Below the pieces are notes generated by a model that saw nothing but the letters and a program-made list of their open reading frames with translations, made no database searches and was not told where the DNA came from. 37,382 nucleotides of DNA from IMG/VR virus record IMGVR_UViG_3300022670_000083, positions 1 to 37,382 of that record. One strand, written 5' to 3'. Position numbers and translations under genes: made by a program. The DNA comes from a virus. Position 1 is the stretch's first letter. Every line of letters starts with the position of its first letter. Of this stretch, positions 17,743 to 26,702 are shown piece by piece.

Positions 17743-17750
17743 ATGCCTTT
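17721..17750 (-). terminator. Intrinsic terminator after the portal gene
   Basis: Minus strand reads aaaggcat-ttgacac-atgccttt followed by tatttta, 7 nt after the portal stop. Confidence 0.6.
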
Positions 17751-17756
17751 AGTTAT

Positions 17757-19922
17757 TTAGATATTATCCTGCCCAACACTAGCGCTAGGTTGTTGAACCG
17801 TCAATCTTCTGGCGTTATCTGCTTCAATAGCTTGACCTTGAACTACAGCATCTTGAACTATACTTGCTGCTTGCTCAGTGTTTGGTCCTTCATCAATAGC
17901 TTGCTGACCTTCTTCCATAATATCTTGTTGCTTAATTCTGATATTGTGGTCTGCTTGCGTTAAAGGTATACCGGCCAATTGCTGTTTCTCATAAGCTTCT
18001 ATTAATGTTTTATAAGTATCAATAGTTGTTTGTTGTGCTTTAAGTTGTTTAGCTATTGTATCTGCATCTTGGTTTTCAATATCACTGATTAGTTTTTCAG
18101 TTTGTATCTGAATGTTTTCAGTAATAGCCTGCTGTTGTGGATCTGGTGCTTGTTCTTGGTTTAATCCTAAATCTTCAATCTCTTGCTCTGTTGGTTCAAT
18201 AATACCTTGAGCAATCATTTGCTTTCTAACACGCTTAGTAAGCTCTTTAGATTCAAGTATAGGTAAGTCTTTAGCGACTAAATCCATTGCCAACGCTTCA
18301 AACTGTGGAGACGATGCGATTAAATCAATAATCTGTTGTGCTGATTCTTGTCTTTGTGTTGCAAATGCTGGTCCTGATTCTGCTACTACGTCATATTTAC
18401 CCATAGATAAATCATTAACTAATACCGGCTTACCTGTTTGCTCGTCAATAACCTCTTCGTTAACTGTGTTTATTTCTACATTTTCAGTCTCGCCGTCTTG
18501 TTGCATGATGCGAACCTGTCTTGCAGTGTCATAAATACGAGGTATTAGGTCTACTAATATTTCTGCTGTGAATTCTTGAGACTTAACCAAATTATCAGTA
18601 AATATAAATGAGCCTCTATCACCTTGCCTTTCTTGTGCTTGGATAGCCTTTCCTGATTTCAACTCAGGATTAGTACCTATTGATGGTGGTTGCATACCTG
18701 TTACATGATATAAATCCATTGAAGCTTGTTGTATTTGCTGAATGAATGCGCCTTGTACTGCTGGCGCTCCACCTCTTTGCGGCATACCTGGCGCTTTAGG
18801 GTCTGAGTTATAAAATAAGAAAGGTACATTGCTACTGTTAAAGTTTCTTAATTGCGCTTCATGCCCTTTTGCTTGTGCTGGTGTAATCCATACGGGATCT
18901 TTAGGTGTTAAGGCTGCAGTTTCAATAGCTGAACTTGTGGCATAGTTATAAATGCGGTTAGCATCTTTGGCAAACCTTACAACTCCGCGAGTGTATGTTT
19001 GACCTTCGATGTGACTTTGACGACCGTACATAGGAATTAACGGAATAAACTTACCGGCCCATTCTTTAGCATCTTCTAAAACTTCTGCACCATCCATTAA
19101 ATACATCTCAACTTTGTGAGACTTAACGGATACAGTCTTTTTAACTGTTATGCCATTAGCTTTCATTTCATCTAATACGCTTTGCTCTTCGTCTTGATCA
19201 ATGATTCTACCATCAGATAGTAAAGCTATGTTTTTAGTTATAGGAGTCTTAACCCAGTATTCAGCAACACGTACAGTATTCTCATTAACCCAACCATTAC
19301 AAGCGTTGTTATTGAATTTCTCTTGCGCCCAACCTGATATAACAGATTTAGGGTAACGCTCTTTAAACTCTTCGGTAGGCATATCAACAGTAACAAAGCC
19401 CCACATTGAATCTCTTTTATCATATTCTTTAGCTGCATCATCAAGCCATAGTGAGGTTGTAGCAGTATTCAAACCTTTAATTTTGATAGTCTGAATAAAT
19501 GGATCATCTTCGTCTAACTCTGTAATTACACGCCACCCACCAAAGCCACCGTTAACCACTTCATCGAATGCAGTATCATAAGCATTGCTTGCCTTGCTTA
19601 CTGATTCAATATTTCTGATTAAGCCCGTCATTACTTTGGCGGTATCTTCTGTAGCACCACCGCTAACAGGCCTTATCTTGATGTCTGTACGGTTTTGACG
19701 TTGATCACCAATCAATTGATCTATTGCACCGGCTACCCGATTAATGGTAAACCTTGGGCGATTCTTGCGCTTAGTCTTTGCGCCCTCATCCCATTGGCCA
19801 TCTTCTGTTTGTGCGAATTTAATATCTTCAACGGCTAATTTGCGTTGAGAGCGCTCTTTCTTTTCTACTCGCTCAAATCGTTTGATTGCCAGCGCGTGAA
19901 TCTTTTCTTTTTTGTTAGCCAT
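17757..19922 (-). CDS. Portal protein (P22-size class)
   Basis: 721 aa, directly downstream of TerL, with a long helical Q/E-rich C-terminal barrel-like tail. Confidence 0.85.
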   Translation of the reverse strand: MANKKEKIHALAIKRFERVEKKERSQRKLAVEDIKFAQTEDGQWDEGAKTKRKNRPRFTINRVAGAIDQLIGDQRQNRTDIKIRPVSGGATEDTAKVMTGLIRNIESVSKASNAYDTAFDEVVNGGFGGWRVITELDEDDPFIQTIKIKGLNTATTSLWLDDAAKEYDKRDSMWGFVTVDMPTEEFKERYPKSVISGWAQEKFNNNACNGWVNENTVRVAEYWVKTPITKNIALLSDGRIIDQDEEQSVLDEMKANGITVKKTVSVKSHKVEMYLMDGAEVLEDAKEWAGKFIPLIPMYGRQSHIEGQTYTRGVVRFAKDANRIYNYATSSAIETAALTPKDPVWITPAQAKGHEAQLRNFNSSNVPFLFYNSDPKAPGMPQRGGAPAVQGAFIQQIQQASMDLYHVTGMQPPSIGTNPELKSGKAIQAQERQGDRGSFIFTDNLVKSQEFTAEILVDLIPRIYDTARQVRIMQQDGETENVEINTVNEEVIDEQTGKPVLVNDLSMGKYDVVAESGPAFATQRQESAQQIIDLIASSPQFEALAMDLVAKDLPILESKELTKRVRKQMIAQGIIEPTEQEIEDLGLNQEQAPDPQQQAITENIQIQTEKLISDIENQDADTIAKQLKAQQTTIDTYKTLIEAYEKQQLAGIPLTQADHNIRIKQQDIMEEGQQAIDEGPNTEQAASIVQDAVVQGQAIEADNARRLTVQQPSASVGQDNI

Positions 19923-19925
19923 TGT

Positions 19926-21503
19926 TTACCATTCCGAAGTAAAGTTAATTTCTTGAACCTGATTATCTTCAAGGTCGCCGCTAATATTCATTTGACCGAA
20001 CTGTCTAAAAGCATCTGCACACTCTGAATGAACATCATGAACAGGTTGATCTGTAAACCTTCCTGTCGTGTTATTCCATCTTTTTCGGTAAGAGTCTAAA
20101 TGTATTATACCATCTTTACAGCCTACCTCGTCAAACCAGCATGTAGCAAACGAATCTCTCGTTGCTTGTATGCCGTGGGATATCTCGCTAACCCTTGGTA
20201 CAATCTCTATATTTTTAAGTCCTAAATTACTAAGGGCATCAGACGGGGATATATTAACAACCTCGCCTTGCCTTTCATGGTTGCCATCATGAGGTAAGAA
20301 ATGAGTACCCCAAACGTAATCAAGTTTATTCATTTGACTAACGTAATACTTGTAAGGCTCGCCCCATCCTTCAATGTAACCTATGAAATTATCTTTTTGC
20401 CCTATTTTTTGATGTAACCATATGCCTGTTCCGTCACTATTTCCTATATCCCAAAAAGTATTTACGGGATACCCTGGTCGATAAGGGACGGTTGTAATTC
20501 TTTCATCTTTGCGAACCTTAGTCATTTGCACAGTATAATAACAACCCTCTTTAGACTTCTGAAAAGCCTCTTTAGGGGTGCTAGGGTATTCCTGCCACAT
20601 CTTTTCTTCTTCGCCGGTAAACTCTGAATCTCTAGTCATTACCCACCATGCACGCTGATTAATATCAATTAAGCATTTAGCTTCACCCTCTATTTTATCA
20701 AAATACTGATGGTCTTTAGGTGTGATAATAACATCATCAGGGTTTGTACTGTATTTACTTTCACCGTGCCAAGGATAGAAATGAAACTTATAATCTTTAG
20801 GGTTTAGCTTCTTTCCCGATAACATTAAAGCCTCTGCTCTCTTTGATATCTTATAGAAATGCCCGTCTTGACCTTCTGCCGTTGATTCAATAAAAACCAT
20901 ACCATTTGTAGGTACAGCAGGAATTGAGCCGGTAATAACCTCGTCAGCCCTATCTGGAAACTTAGCGCATATCTTTCCAAACTCTGATATATGCAAATAC
21001 TGTAGCGTTCCTGATCTTGCTGATGTCGCTACCCTTATTGAACTGTTGTTATGAGAAAATAATAATTCACTCGCGCTATCTCTTTCTAATGGCATAGCTG
21101 CTTTTAATGATGGTGGTAAATTGTTATAGGCAAAATAAACCTTGTCTCTGAATATAGTCTTTGCCACATCTTCACTTTGTGCTATTACTGCCGCCCTGAC
21201 ATTTGCTTTAAACAGGCAGCAGTCAAGAAAGAATATCTCAATTAGTGTAGTAAAGCCTAATTGACGGGCTTTTAATATATCATTACGGGTATGTAGATTT
21301 GATAGTAAATCTAGTTGCGGATCGTTCGGTATAAAATCAGCAACAAGTGACTCTTCATCATCATCACCCTTTATCATTATCTTGTATAACTGGCCGCTTG
21401 TTAATCGCCACCACGGATCTGCAAGACACTCTTTAAACTCGTCAGCATCTTTAGGTATCCTAGTGTCTCTTTCGCGAATAGCTCTAACCATTCGAAGGGC
21501 CAA
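19926..21503 (-). CDS. terL: Terminase large subunit
   Basis: 525 aa. Walker-A-like KARQLGFTT, a C-terminal nuclease-like region, and a position between TerS and the portal. Confidence 0.9.
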   Translation of the reverse strand: MALRMVRAIRERDTRIPKDADEFKECLADPWWRLTSGQLYKIMIKGDDDEESLVADFIPNDPQLDLLSNLHTRNDILKARQLGFTTLIEIFFLDCCLFKANVRAAVIAQSEDVAKTIFRDKVYFAYNNLPPSLKAAMPLERDSASELLFSHNNSSIRVATSARSGTLQYLHISEFGKICAKFPDRADEVITGSIPAVPTNGMVFIESTAEGQDGHFYKISKRAEALMLSGKKLNPKDYKFHFYPWHGESKYSTNPDDVIITPKDHQYFDKIEGEAKCLIDINQRAWWVMTRDSEFTGEEEKMWQEYPSTPKEAFQKSKEGCYYTVQMTKVRKDERITTVPYRPGYPVNTFWDIGNSDGTGIWLHQKIGQKDNFIGYIEGWGEPYKYYVSQMNKLDYVWGTHFLPHDGNHERQGEVVNISPSDALSNLGLKNIEIVPRVSEISHGIQATRDSFATCWFDEVGCKDGIIHLDSYRKRWNNTTGRFTDQPVHDVHSECADAFRQFGQMNISGDLEDNQVQEINFTSEW

Positions 21504-21978
21504 GCGTATTACCTGATATTTCTTGTATAACTAAAGTTAAAGGATTCTCTACGCTTCCAGATAATTCTTTCTTATCTGTAAGCCCTAAATCCCTAGCTAT
21601 AATGTTAGGATTTAATAGCCCTGCGCTTGCTCCTTCAAACTTTTGAGTCTCTATAATTTCTTTGATTGTGCTTATGACTGAGGAAAAATCTTGATTTACT
21701 TTTTCATCCAAATTTAAATTACCAATAAAATCATTAAGATACTGAGTGTTAACTCCCCAGTAAATACAAAGACCTTTTATAGTCATTGCTCGCATTAGCT
21801 TCTCAGGATTAGCACATACCTCTCCTTGGTATATTATTGCTTTTGTTAGTGGGTTATCCTCTACCCATGCAAAGTAATCAAAAGCAGCTTCGAGCATTAA
21901 CTCAGGAGTTTTAAATATCTTATCTCTACCATGCTTTGCTCTAGCTTTCCAAAACTGATTACCTTTAGTTGCTGCCAT
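21484..21978 (-). CDS. terS: Terminase small subunit
   Basis: 164 aa. The N-terminus (KGNQFWKARAKHGRDKIFKTPE...YF.W...NP) is typical of this TerS family. It overlaps the TerL start. Confidence 0.8.
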   Translation of the reverse strand: MAATKGNQFWKARAKHGRDKIFKTPELMLEAAFDYFAWVEDNPLTKAIIYQGEVCANPEKLMRAMTIKGLCIYWGVNTQYLNDFIGNLNLDEKVNQDFSSVISTIKEIIETQKFEGASAGLLNPNIIARDLGLTDKKELSGSVENPLTLVIQEISGNTLGPSNG

Positions 21979-22292
21979 TACGGTAACACCTTAAACTTTT
22001 GAAAGTCTGTTTGTCTAATGTCTGTAGAAGTGAAATCAAGTTTAGCTTTGAACTTCCATCTACCCACGTAATCAAGATCTTTATCTTTGGTAAAGTATTC
22101 TATGTACTCGTTAGCGTTTAGTGTTTCACCACCCACAATTACAGGTATTGCTGGAATAGTTACACCATCAGTAATGTTCTTTGTATTACCTAGTTCAGGT
22201 TGTAAGATTAAAGTAGGAGTTGATAAACTAATATCTTCACCTAAGTTAATTCTTATTGGCTGACCTATTTCATTAAAATTCATGTTACCCAT
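21978..22292 (-). CDS. Ig-like (BppU-type?) small structural protein
   Basis: 104 aa with a beta-rich pattern ending GRWKFKAKL......F.V. Last gene of the fibre-like module. Confidence 0.35.
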   Translation of the reverse strand: MGNMNFNEIGQPIRINLGEDISLSTPTLILQPELGNTKNITDGVTIPAIPVIVGGETLNANEYIEYFTKDKDLDYVGRWKFKAKLDFTSTDIRQTDFQKFKVLP

Positions 22293-22505
22293 TTATAATC
22301 TCCCTCTACCCGTTAAGCTTCCGTTCAAGCTTTGAGTTGATACAATACCGTTACCTGTGCTTTGATTCCCCAGCAGCCCATCACTTACTGGAACCGTAGG
22401 AGGAATAAAAGTTGATATGTCATAACCTGCAGTTACAGCAAGAGCGATAGTACCTAGTAAAGTACCATTACCAAAACCCCTTGTAACTACTGTTGCTATT
22501 GTCAT
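22293..22505 (-). CDS. Hypothetical G/T-rich 70-aa protein
   Basis: ORF coupled within the fibre-like module. VVTRGFGNG motif. Confidence 0.4.
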   Translation of the reverse strand: MTIATVVTRGFGNGTLLGTIALAVTAGYDISTFIPPTVPVSDGLLGNQSTGNGIVSTQSLNGSLTGRGRL

Positions 22506-23332
22506 TAGCTGGCTCTTGTTTTAGCTGTTGGATTGGTTGCGTCATCTAAAGTATATGTTGCCGCTGTTGTACTTCCATCTATCCGTCTAACTGTTTGTGT
22601 TGTTCCTACGTAAGCATAGTCTTGTAAGTTTTGCATAGTTAAGAATAAGCTTTGTGCCAGCGTTGGCGCTACCCCATCAGCAGAATAACTCTCTGTCATT
22701 TGAGTTGTTAATATATCACTTACTGAAATATCATTTAAATTAGTTCCGGCTGTTAATACTCTTGTACTCTCAGCCCATATTTGAGCTGTTGTTGGTGGAG
22801 TAGTTGTATTTGCTCCATCAGTGCCGCGCATATCAGTATTTGTGGTTGTTGTTGCGACCGTTGATACATTGGCTACAGTATCAGTTGCAGGATTAAAATC
22901 ATTAAGCCCTGTTATCTGTGCCGGTAAAGTTGTCCCTGTATCTACTAAGATAGCATCAACATTGCTATCAACTGTAGCTAGGTTTGCCGCTGTTGCCGCT
23001 GAGTCTGTTCCTCTCATTGCTGTAGTAGGTATTAATGATATTTTAGTATTGTTATCCACTGTTTGAGGAAATGAAGTATAAACCTGAACCGTTGAAGTTA
23101 TAGCACCTGTACCTGTAAAGGTAAAAGCAACATGATCACCATTAGTTTCAGCTTGAGTTGGTGTATAACTATGATAGCCATTACCCTCATGTGCTGGGGC
23201 TGTCCCACCACTAGCTGATTGCGTACCATTATCAATAGTTATTAGCACAGTTACAGCACCCGTAAATATAGTGCCATCTGCTGCCGTTATCATTTCAGCC
23301 CCAATGGACTGTGAAGCTACATTTTTTTTCAT
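22505..23332 (-). CDS. Fibre-like structural protein (275 aa)
   Basis: T/A/G-rich, with an internal MRGTD...repeat occurring twice at the protein level. ATGA-type coupling to neighbours. Confidence 0.45.
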   Translation of the reverse strand: MKKNVASQSIGAEMITAADGTIFTGAVTVLITIDNGTQSASGGTAPAHEGNGYHSYTPTQAETNGDHVAFTFTGTGAITSTVQVYTSFPQTVDNNTKISLIPTTAMRGTDSAATAANLATVDSNVDAILVDTGTTLPAQITGLNDFNPATDTVANVSTVATTTTNTDMRGTDGANTTTPPTTAQIWAESTRVLTAGTNLNDISVSDILTTQMTESYSADGVAPTLAQSLFLTMQNLQDYAYVGTTQTVRRIDGSTTAATYTLDDATNPTAKTRAS

Positions 23333-23336
23333 GATG

Positions 23337-24557
23337 TTATTGTACCATATTGATTAATTTATTTGAATGTATGGCCCATGCCACTTGAAATCCTGACACT
23401 ACGGCGGTTACTGTATGTGTTGGCGTAGCAATTACAGGAGTTGCGCTAGTTGTTAATGATGCTGCTGGAATTGTCCATGTAATAGTTTCTGTTGTTGGTA
23501 TGTCATAAGTTGCAAACGCTGGTAATGTGATTGTAGCAACTGTATCACCAACAGATAAAACCACATCAGTATTATCTAAAGCAGTTTTTATTAATGAATC
23601 CCAGTTTGTACCACTTGCCGCAATATCTGAATCTGAACCGCCAGCTATACCATCTTCGCTTGATGTACCTGTTACAAAGGTATCACCCGTTAGAGTGAGT
23701 ATTATTGTTTTGCCGCCGGTTACAATATCAGCTTCGGTTTGAGTTGGTACTGCTGTTCCTGTTACTGTTACTGATATACCACCAGCAGTTTGAATAAATG
23801 CACCAATACCGTTTGTATCTAAATCACTACCCGCCTTTATTCTATAATCCCCGCTTGCAACTGGTGTAGCGTCTACGAATTCAGTAGCAATAACAATATT
23901 AGTTAAATTATCTGCTGTAGTGTCTGTTGATGCGTTGTTTGACTGAGTTACACTTGCGTCAAAATCATCACCGCCATTATCATTAGAAACTACAGTATCA
24001 TTAGCGGCTAAGGTGTTTGCTTGAGCTAGGTTATCAGTAGAGTCAAAAAATACTGTCGTATTATTAAAAGTATTTGTGCCAGTTATAGGATCAACTGTAC
24101 TAACTTTTGTATTCACTAGTACTGTGTTATTAGTTACTGTATTTTCACATAATTTATTACATGACACCTTAACAAGACAGTTATCTAATACTAAAGAGCC
24201 AGCTACGTTAGATTGCGCTCCTCTTCCTGTCCCTGTGGCTGTACAATATATTTCCAGACCATCTATAATTATATTAGGGACTAGTGTTCTTAATGCTCTT
24301 GAATTATTGGAAGATGTAAGACCACAAAGTTGCCTTTCTGTACCATCAAAACCATCAGCACTATCAAAAGGTTCTAACCTAGCGCCATTCGTCCAAGTTC
24401 CGCCAATAGCTAACGCTGATCCACCCTGATCAAAGAAACCATCTACACGACCGACAGTAGTAGCTCCATAATCACTATCTTGTTCCCCAGCCTCCCAAGC
24501 TATGATAGTTGTATAATCACCACCTCCGCCAGCAACTATATGTGCATTTTGTGGCAT
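23337..24557 (-). CDS. Right-handed beta-helix-like protein (406 aa)
   Basis: N-terminus GGGGDYTTIIAWEAGEQ followed by repetitive N/T/V-rich turns (NCLVKVSCN, NNTVLVNTKV), with an Ig-like T-rich C-terminus. Confidence 0.45.
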   Translation of the reverse strand: MPQNAHIVAGGGGDYTTIIAWEAGEQDSDYGATTVGRVDGFFDQGGSALAIGGTWTNGARLEPFDSADGFDGTERQLCGLTSSNNSRALRTLVPNIIIDGLEIYCTATGTGRGAQSNVAGSLVLDNCLVKVSCNKLCENTVTNNTVLVNTKVSTVDPITGTNTFNNTTVFFDSTDNLAQANTLAANDTVVSNDNGGDDFDASVTQSNNASTDTTADNLTNIVIATEFVDATPVASGDYRIKAGSDLDTNGIGAFIQTAGGISVTVTGTAVPTQTEADIVTGGKTIILTLTGDTFVTGTSSEDGIAGGSDSDIAASGTNWDSLIKTALDNTDVVLSVGDTVATITLPAFATYDIPTTETITWTIPAASLTTSATPVIATPTHTVTAVVSGFQVAWAIHSNKLINMVQ

Positions 24558-24913
24558 TATGCGCCCCTATCGTTTACTAGTGAAAGTAAGATATTTTTTG
24601 TTGTTGTTATCTCTGCGCTTTCTAGTAATTGATTGTAATAGGGCGAATCTGAACCTTGAGGTGTTAAAAAGTAACGCCGGCCATCTTCGTTATCATCTAA
24701 TAAATAACTAAGTTCTGATTCGTTTGCATCTGATATGTTTATAATAACGAATTGTCTAGGCCAATCATCTATTGATTCACCTTCTTTTAAGGTTTCCCTA
24801 AATTTAGTTTTGCTTTCCATCCTACCGAACGGTTGACTTTCAGGAGTTACACATATAACGTCACCCGTAGACCAACTATTCGCTATGTTTTTAACTAGTA
24901 ATCTACATGCCAT
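24557..24913 (-). CDS. Hypothetical protein (118 aa)
   Basis: First ORF of the fibre-like module. No motif recognised. Confidence 0.45.
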   Translation of the reverse strand: MACRLLVKNIANSWSTGDVICVTPESQPFGRMESKTKFRETLKEGESIDDWPRQFVIINISDANESELSYLLDDNEDGRRYFLTPQGSDSPYYNQLLESAEITTTKNILLSLVNDRGA

Positions 24914-24960
24914 TATTATATCTCTTCATATTCAATTGATTCTATACAGTGTATAGATAT

Positions 24961-25296
24961 TTATTTTCTTGCCAATAGCGCTTTAATGCCATCACCAAGA
25001 AACTTAAATTGTTCTGTTGATTCTTTTATATGGGCGTCTAGTTTATCGCCATGATTAGCCAATTCTTTTTTATTTGAATCCAGTTCTTTTTTATTTGTTT
25101 CAGCTAGTGTTGATTTCTTCCATGTAAGGTAGTAAAAGATTAGCCCGATAACGCCAAAGAAGAATGATAATAATACACCTATCCCTGGTGCATTCTCGTT
25201 AATAAAAGTAAACCAGCCAAAATAACTACTTGCGCCCGTACTTACTGCGGATATAGTTGCTCCATCCGCCAAATGTTTGACGCTCTCCTGCTTCAC
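24961..25296 (-). CDS. Membrane protein with charged coiled-coil tail (holin- or spanin-like)
   Basis: 111 aa. Hydrophobic segments ISAVSTGASSYFGWFTFI and GIGVLLSFFFGVIGLIFYYLTW are followed by a K/E-rich tail. Confidence 0.4.
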   Translation of the reverse strand: MKQESVKHLADGATISAVSTGASSYFGWFTFINENAPGIGVLLSFFFGVIGLIFYYLTWKKSTLAETNKKELDSNKKELANHGDKLDAHIKESTEQFKFLGDGIKALLARK

Positions 25297-25805
25297 GATT
25301 TTGTCTCTCTTTTTGCTTGTATAGGTAAACTCTTATTAACACCGTGACTATAAAAAACAATCCTAGGTAACAACTTCTGTAAGTTGCTAAGTGCTGTAGT
25401 AAATCCATTATAAGAAACACCCATTTGTAAGAGTCCTACCACTATGATTAATTCATCATACCAAGTATAAAAGAAATTACTAAATATGGATGAAGCTATT
25501 GTTAAGTCATATATTATCATAGTATGGCATGTAATCGCAAAAGCTAGTAATAGTGCCTGTTTTACTGCTAGCTTATCAAAAGCAAAGCACATGGTAAGCG
25601 CTACGGCTGTAACTCCGTCCCAAGATATGTTTATACTTCTATTGGTTATGTACTCTTCGATGCTATTTGATACTGGCAATTCAAAGTATATATTTAAAGA
25701 TGTAAACAATAAAATAATAGCTGAATGCACCCTATATCTTGGCTCGGAGAATACCAAGATAAAAAGGAAGTAAACAGCTATTATGTGCATTAAATTAAAA
25801 GACAT
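25293..25805 (-). CDS. Multi-pass membrane protein (170 aa)
   Basis: Four to five hydrophobic segments. No SD of its own, and the start is coupled (TAATG) to the 19-aa ORF. Confidence 0.5.
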   Translation of the reverse strand: MSFNLMHIIAVYFLFILVFSEPRYRVHSAIILLFTSLNIYFELPVSNSIEEYITNRSINISWDGVTAVALTMCFAFDKLAVKQALLLAFAITCHTMIIYDLTIASSIFSNFFYTWYDELIIVVGLLQMGVSYNGFTTALSNLQKLLPRIVFYSHGVNKSLPIQAKRETKS

Positions 25806-25864
25806 TATTTACGGCTTTTACTTTTTGGCTTTTTGGGTTTTGGATCTTTAGTGCCTGATGCCAT
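25805..25864 (-). CDS. Candidate 19-aa Lys/Pro-rich leader peptide
   Basis: AAGGA lies 6 nt upstream of the ATG at 25864. Reads MASGTKDPKPKKPKSKSRK, and its stop overlaps the next ATG. Confidence 0.3.
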   Translation of the reverse strand: MASGTKDPKPKKPKSKSRK

Positions 25865-25895
25865 GTTAAATCCTTAATCATTTGAGGGTATCCCT

Positions 25896-25904
25896 ATTAT
25901 ATCA
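25896..25904 (-). promoter_or_regulatory. Extended -10 promoter candidate (TGATATAAT) at the end of ninG
   Basis: Minus strand reads TGATATAAT at 25904..25896, overlapping the NinG stop codon. This is the position of a lambdoid late promoter. Confidence 0.35.
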
Positions 25905-26487
25905 AATCTTGCTCTAACTTTCTAATTTCAGCATTAAAGCCTTTTCTCATTAACTTTAATTCAGCGCCAGTCCATTTTTTTACTTGTGTATTTGTTTCGC
26001 AGTAATCAATTATCTCTTTAGCTTTTTTATCTCCGAACCTTTCTGATAACCCGACCAAGTAACCGCGAGTAGTTTTGTTACCGTTTATATTTCCGCTTAA
26101 GCCTTTATTGCAATATCTGTTACATTGCAAATATGTATTAACCCTGTCGTAAGCTAAGTTCTTTTGTGATCCTCTTGTTTTAAAATGACCACAACACCAG
26201 TCCATATTCTTTTTACTGCATGAAATACATTCAGGCTCTAAACCTCTTTCTTTAAACCATTTCTTTTCCTGTAGCACCCTCATTCGATTATATACAGGCT
26301 GTGTTATGCTGTGCTGATATTTAACATCACTTAAATTAAACTCTTTCTTTCTAATTTTAAACTTTTCATCGGCTTTCTTTTCCCTGTCAAGCTTTGACCA
26401 TTCAGCCAAGCAAGCAGGGTTTAAACAAGCCTTTTGTAAGAAGTACCTAGCCTCGAATTTATCACGGCATATCTTGCACCTTGGCAT
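25897..26487 (-). CDS. ninG: NinG/Rap family recombination endonuclease
   Basis: N-terminal Cys cluster, then CISC....W..GHF......L.....N...QC..CN...SGN, which is colinear with lambda NinG. Confidence 0.85.
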   Translation of the reverse strand: MPRCKICRDKFEARYFLQKACLNPACLAEWSKLDREKKADEKFKIRKKEFNLSDVKYQHSITQPVYNRMRVLQEKKWFKERGLEPECISCSKKNMDWCCGHFKTRGSQKNLAYDRVNTYLQCNRYCNKGLSGNINGNKTTRGYLVGLSERFGDKKAKEIIDYCETNTQVKKWTGAELKLMRKGFNAEIRKLEQDLI

Positions 26488-26542
26488 TATCTTCTCCTGT
26501 ATTTAACTTTACGCTGTTTATGCTCGCTTCTTGTTTTAGGTT

Positions 26543-26701
26543 TTATAAGTTTCTGTAGCATGTTATACATTTGCAATTCTCCCTACCCATTGAATCGTTA
26601 TTGATGTGATAAACTGGTGTACCTGGAGCAAATAGATTTTTACATTTAGTACAATGCTCGTTTGCTGTTTTTGGTAAAGTTTTCGAGTATCTACCTTTCA
26701 T
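26543..26701 (-). CDS. Small zinc-ribbon protein (52 aa, below the track cutoff)
   Basis: The ATG is 1 nt after the upstream stop. Reads MKGRYSKTLPKTANEHCTKCKN...ENCKCITCYRNL, with CxxC plus CxCxxC. Confidence 0.45.
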   Translation of the reverse strand: MKGRYSKTLPKTANEHCTKCKNLFAPGTPVYHINNDSMGRENCKCITCYRNL

Positions 26702-26702
26702 G

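Noticed and set aside
22505-23332. Diversity-generating retroelement targeting a fibre gene (internal MRGTD repeat)
   Set aside because: The two MRGTD segments are similar only at the protein level, not as near-identical DNA template/variable repeats. No reverse transcriptase is encoded anywhere in the genome.
25226-25420. 64-aa minus-strand ORF overlapping two membrane-protein genes out of frame
   Set aside because: It is fully embedded in the junction of 25293..25805 and 24961..25296, which are coupled to each other. It has no RBS and looks like a frame artefact. The same applies to 14790..14975, 19238..19444, 3503..3751 and 2102..2326.
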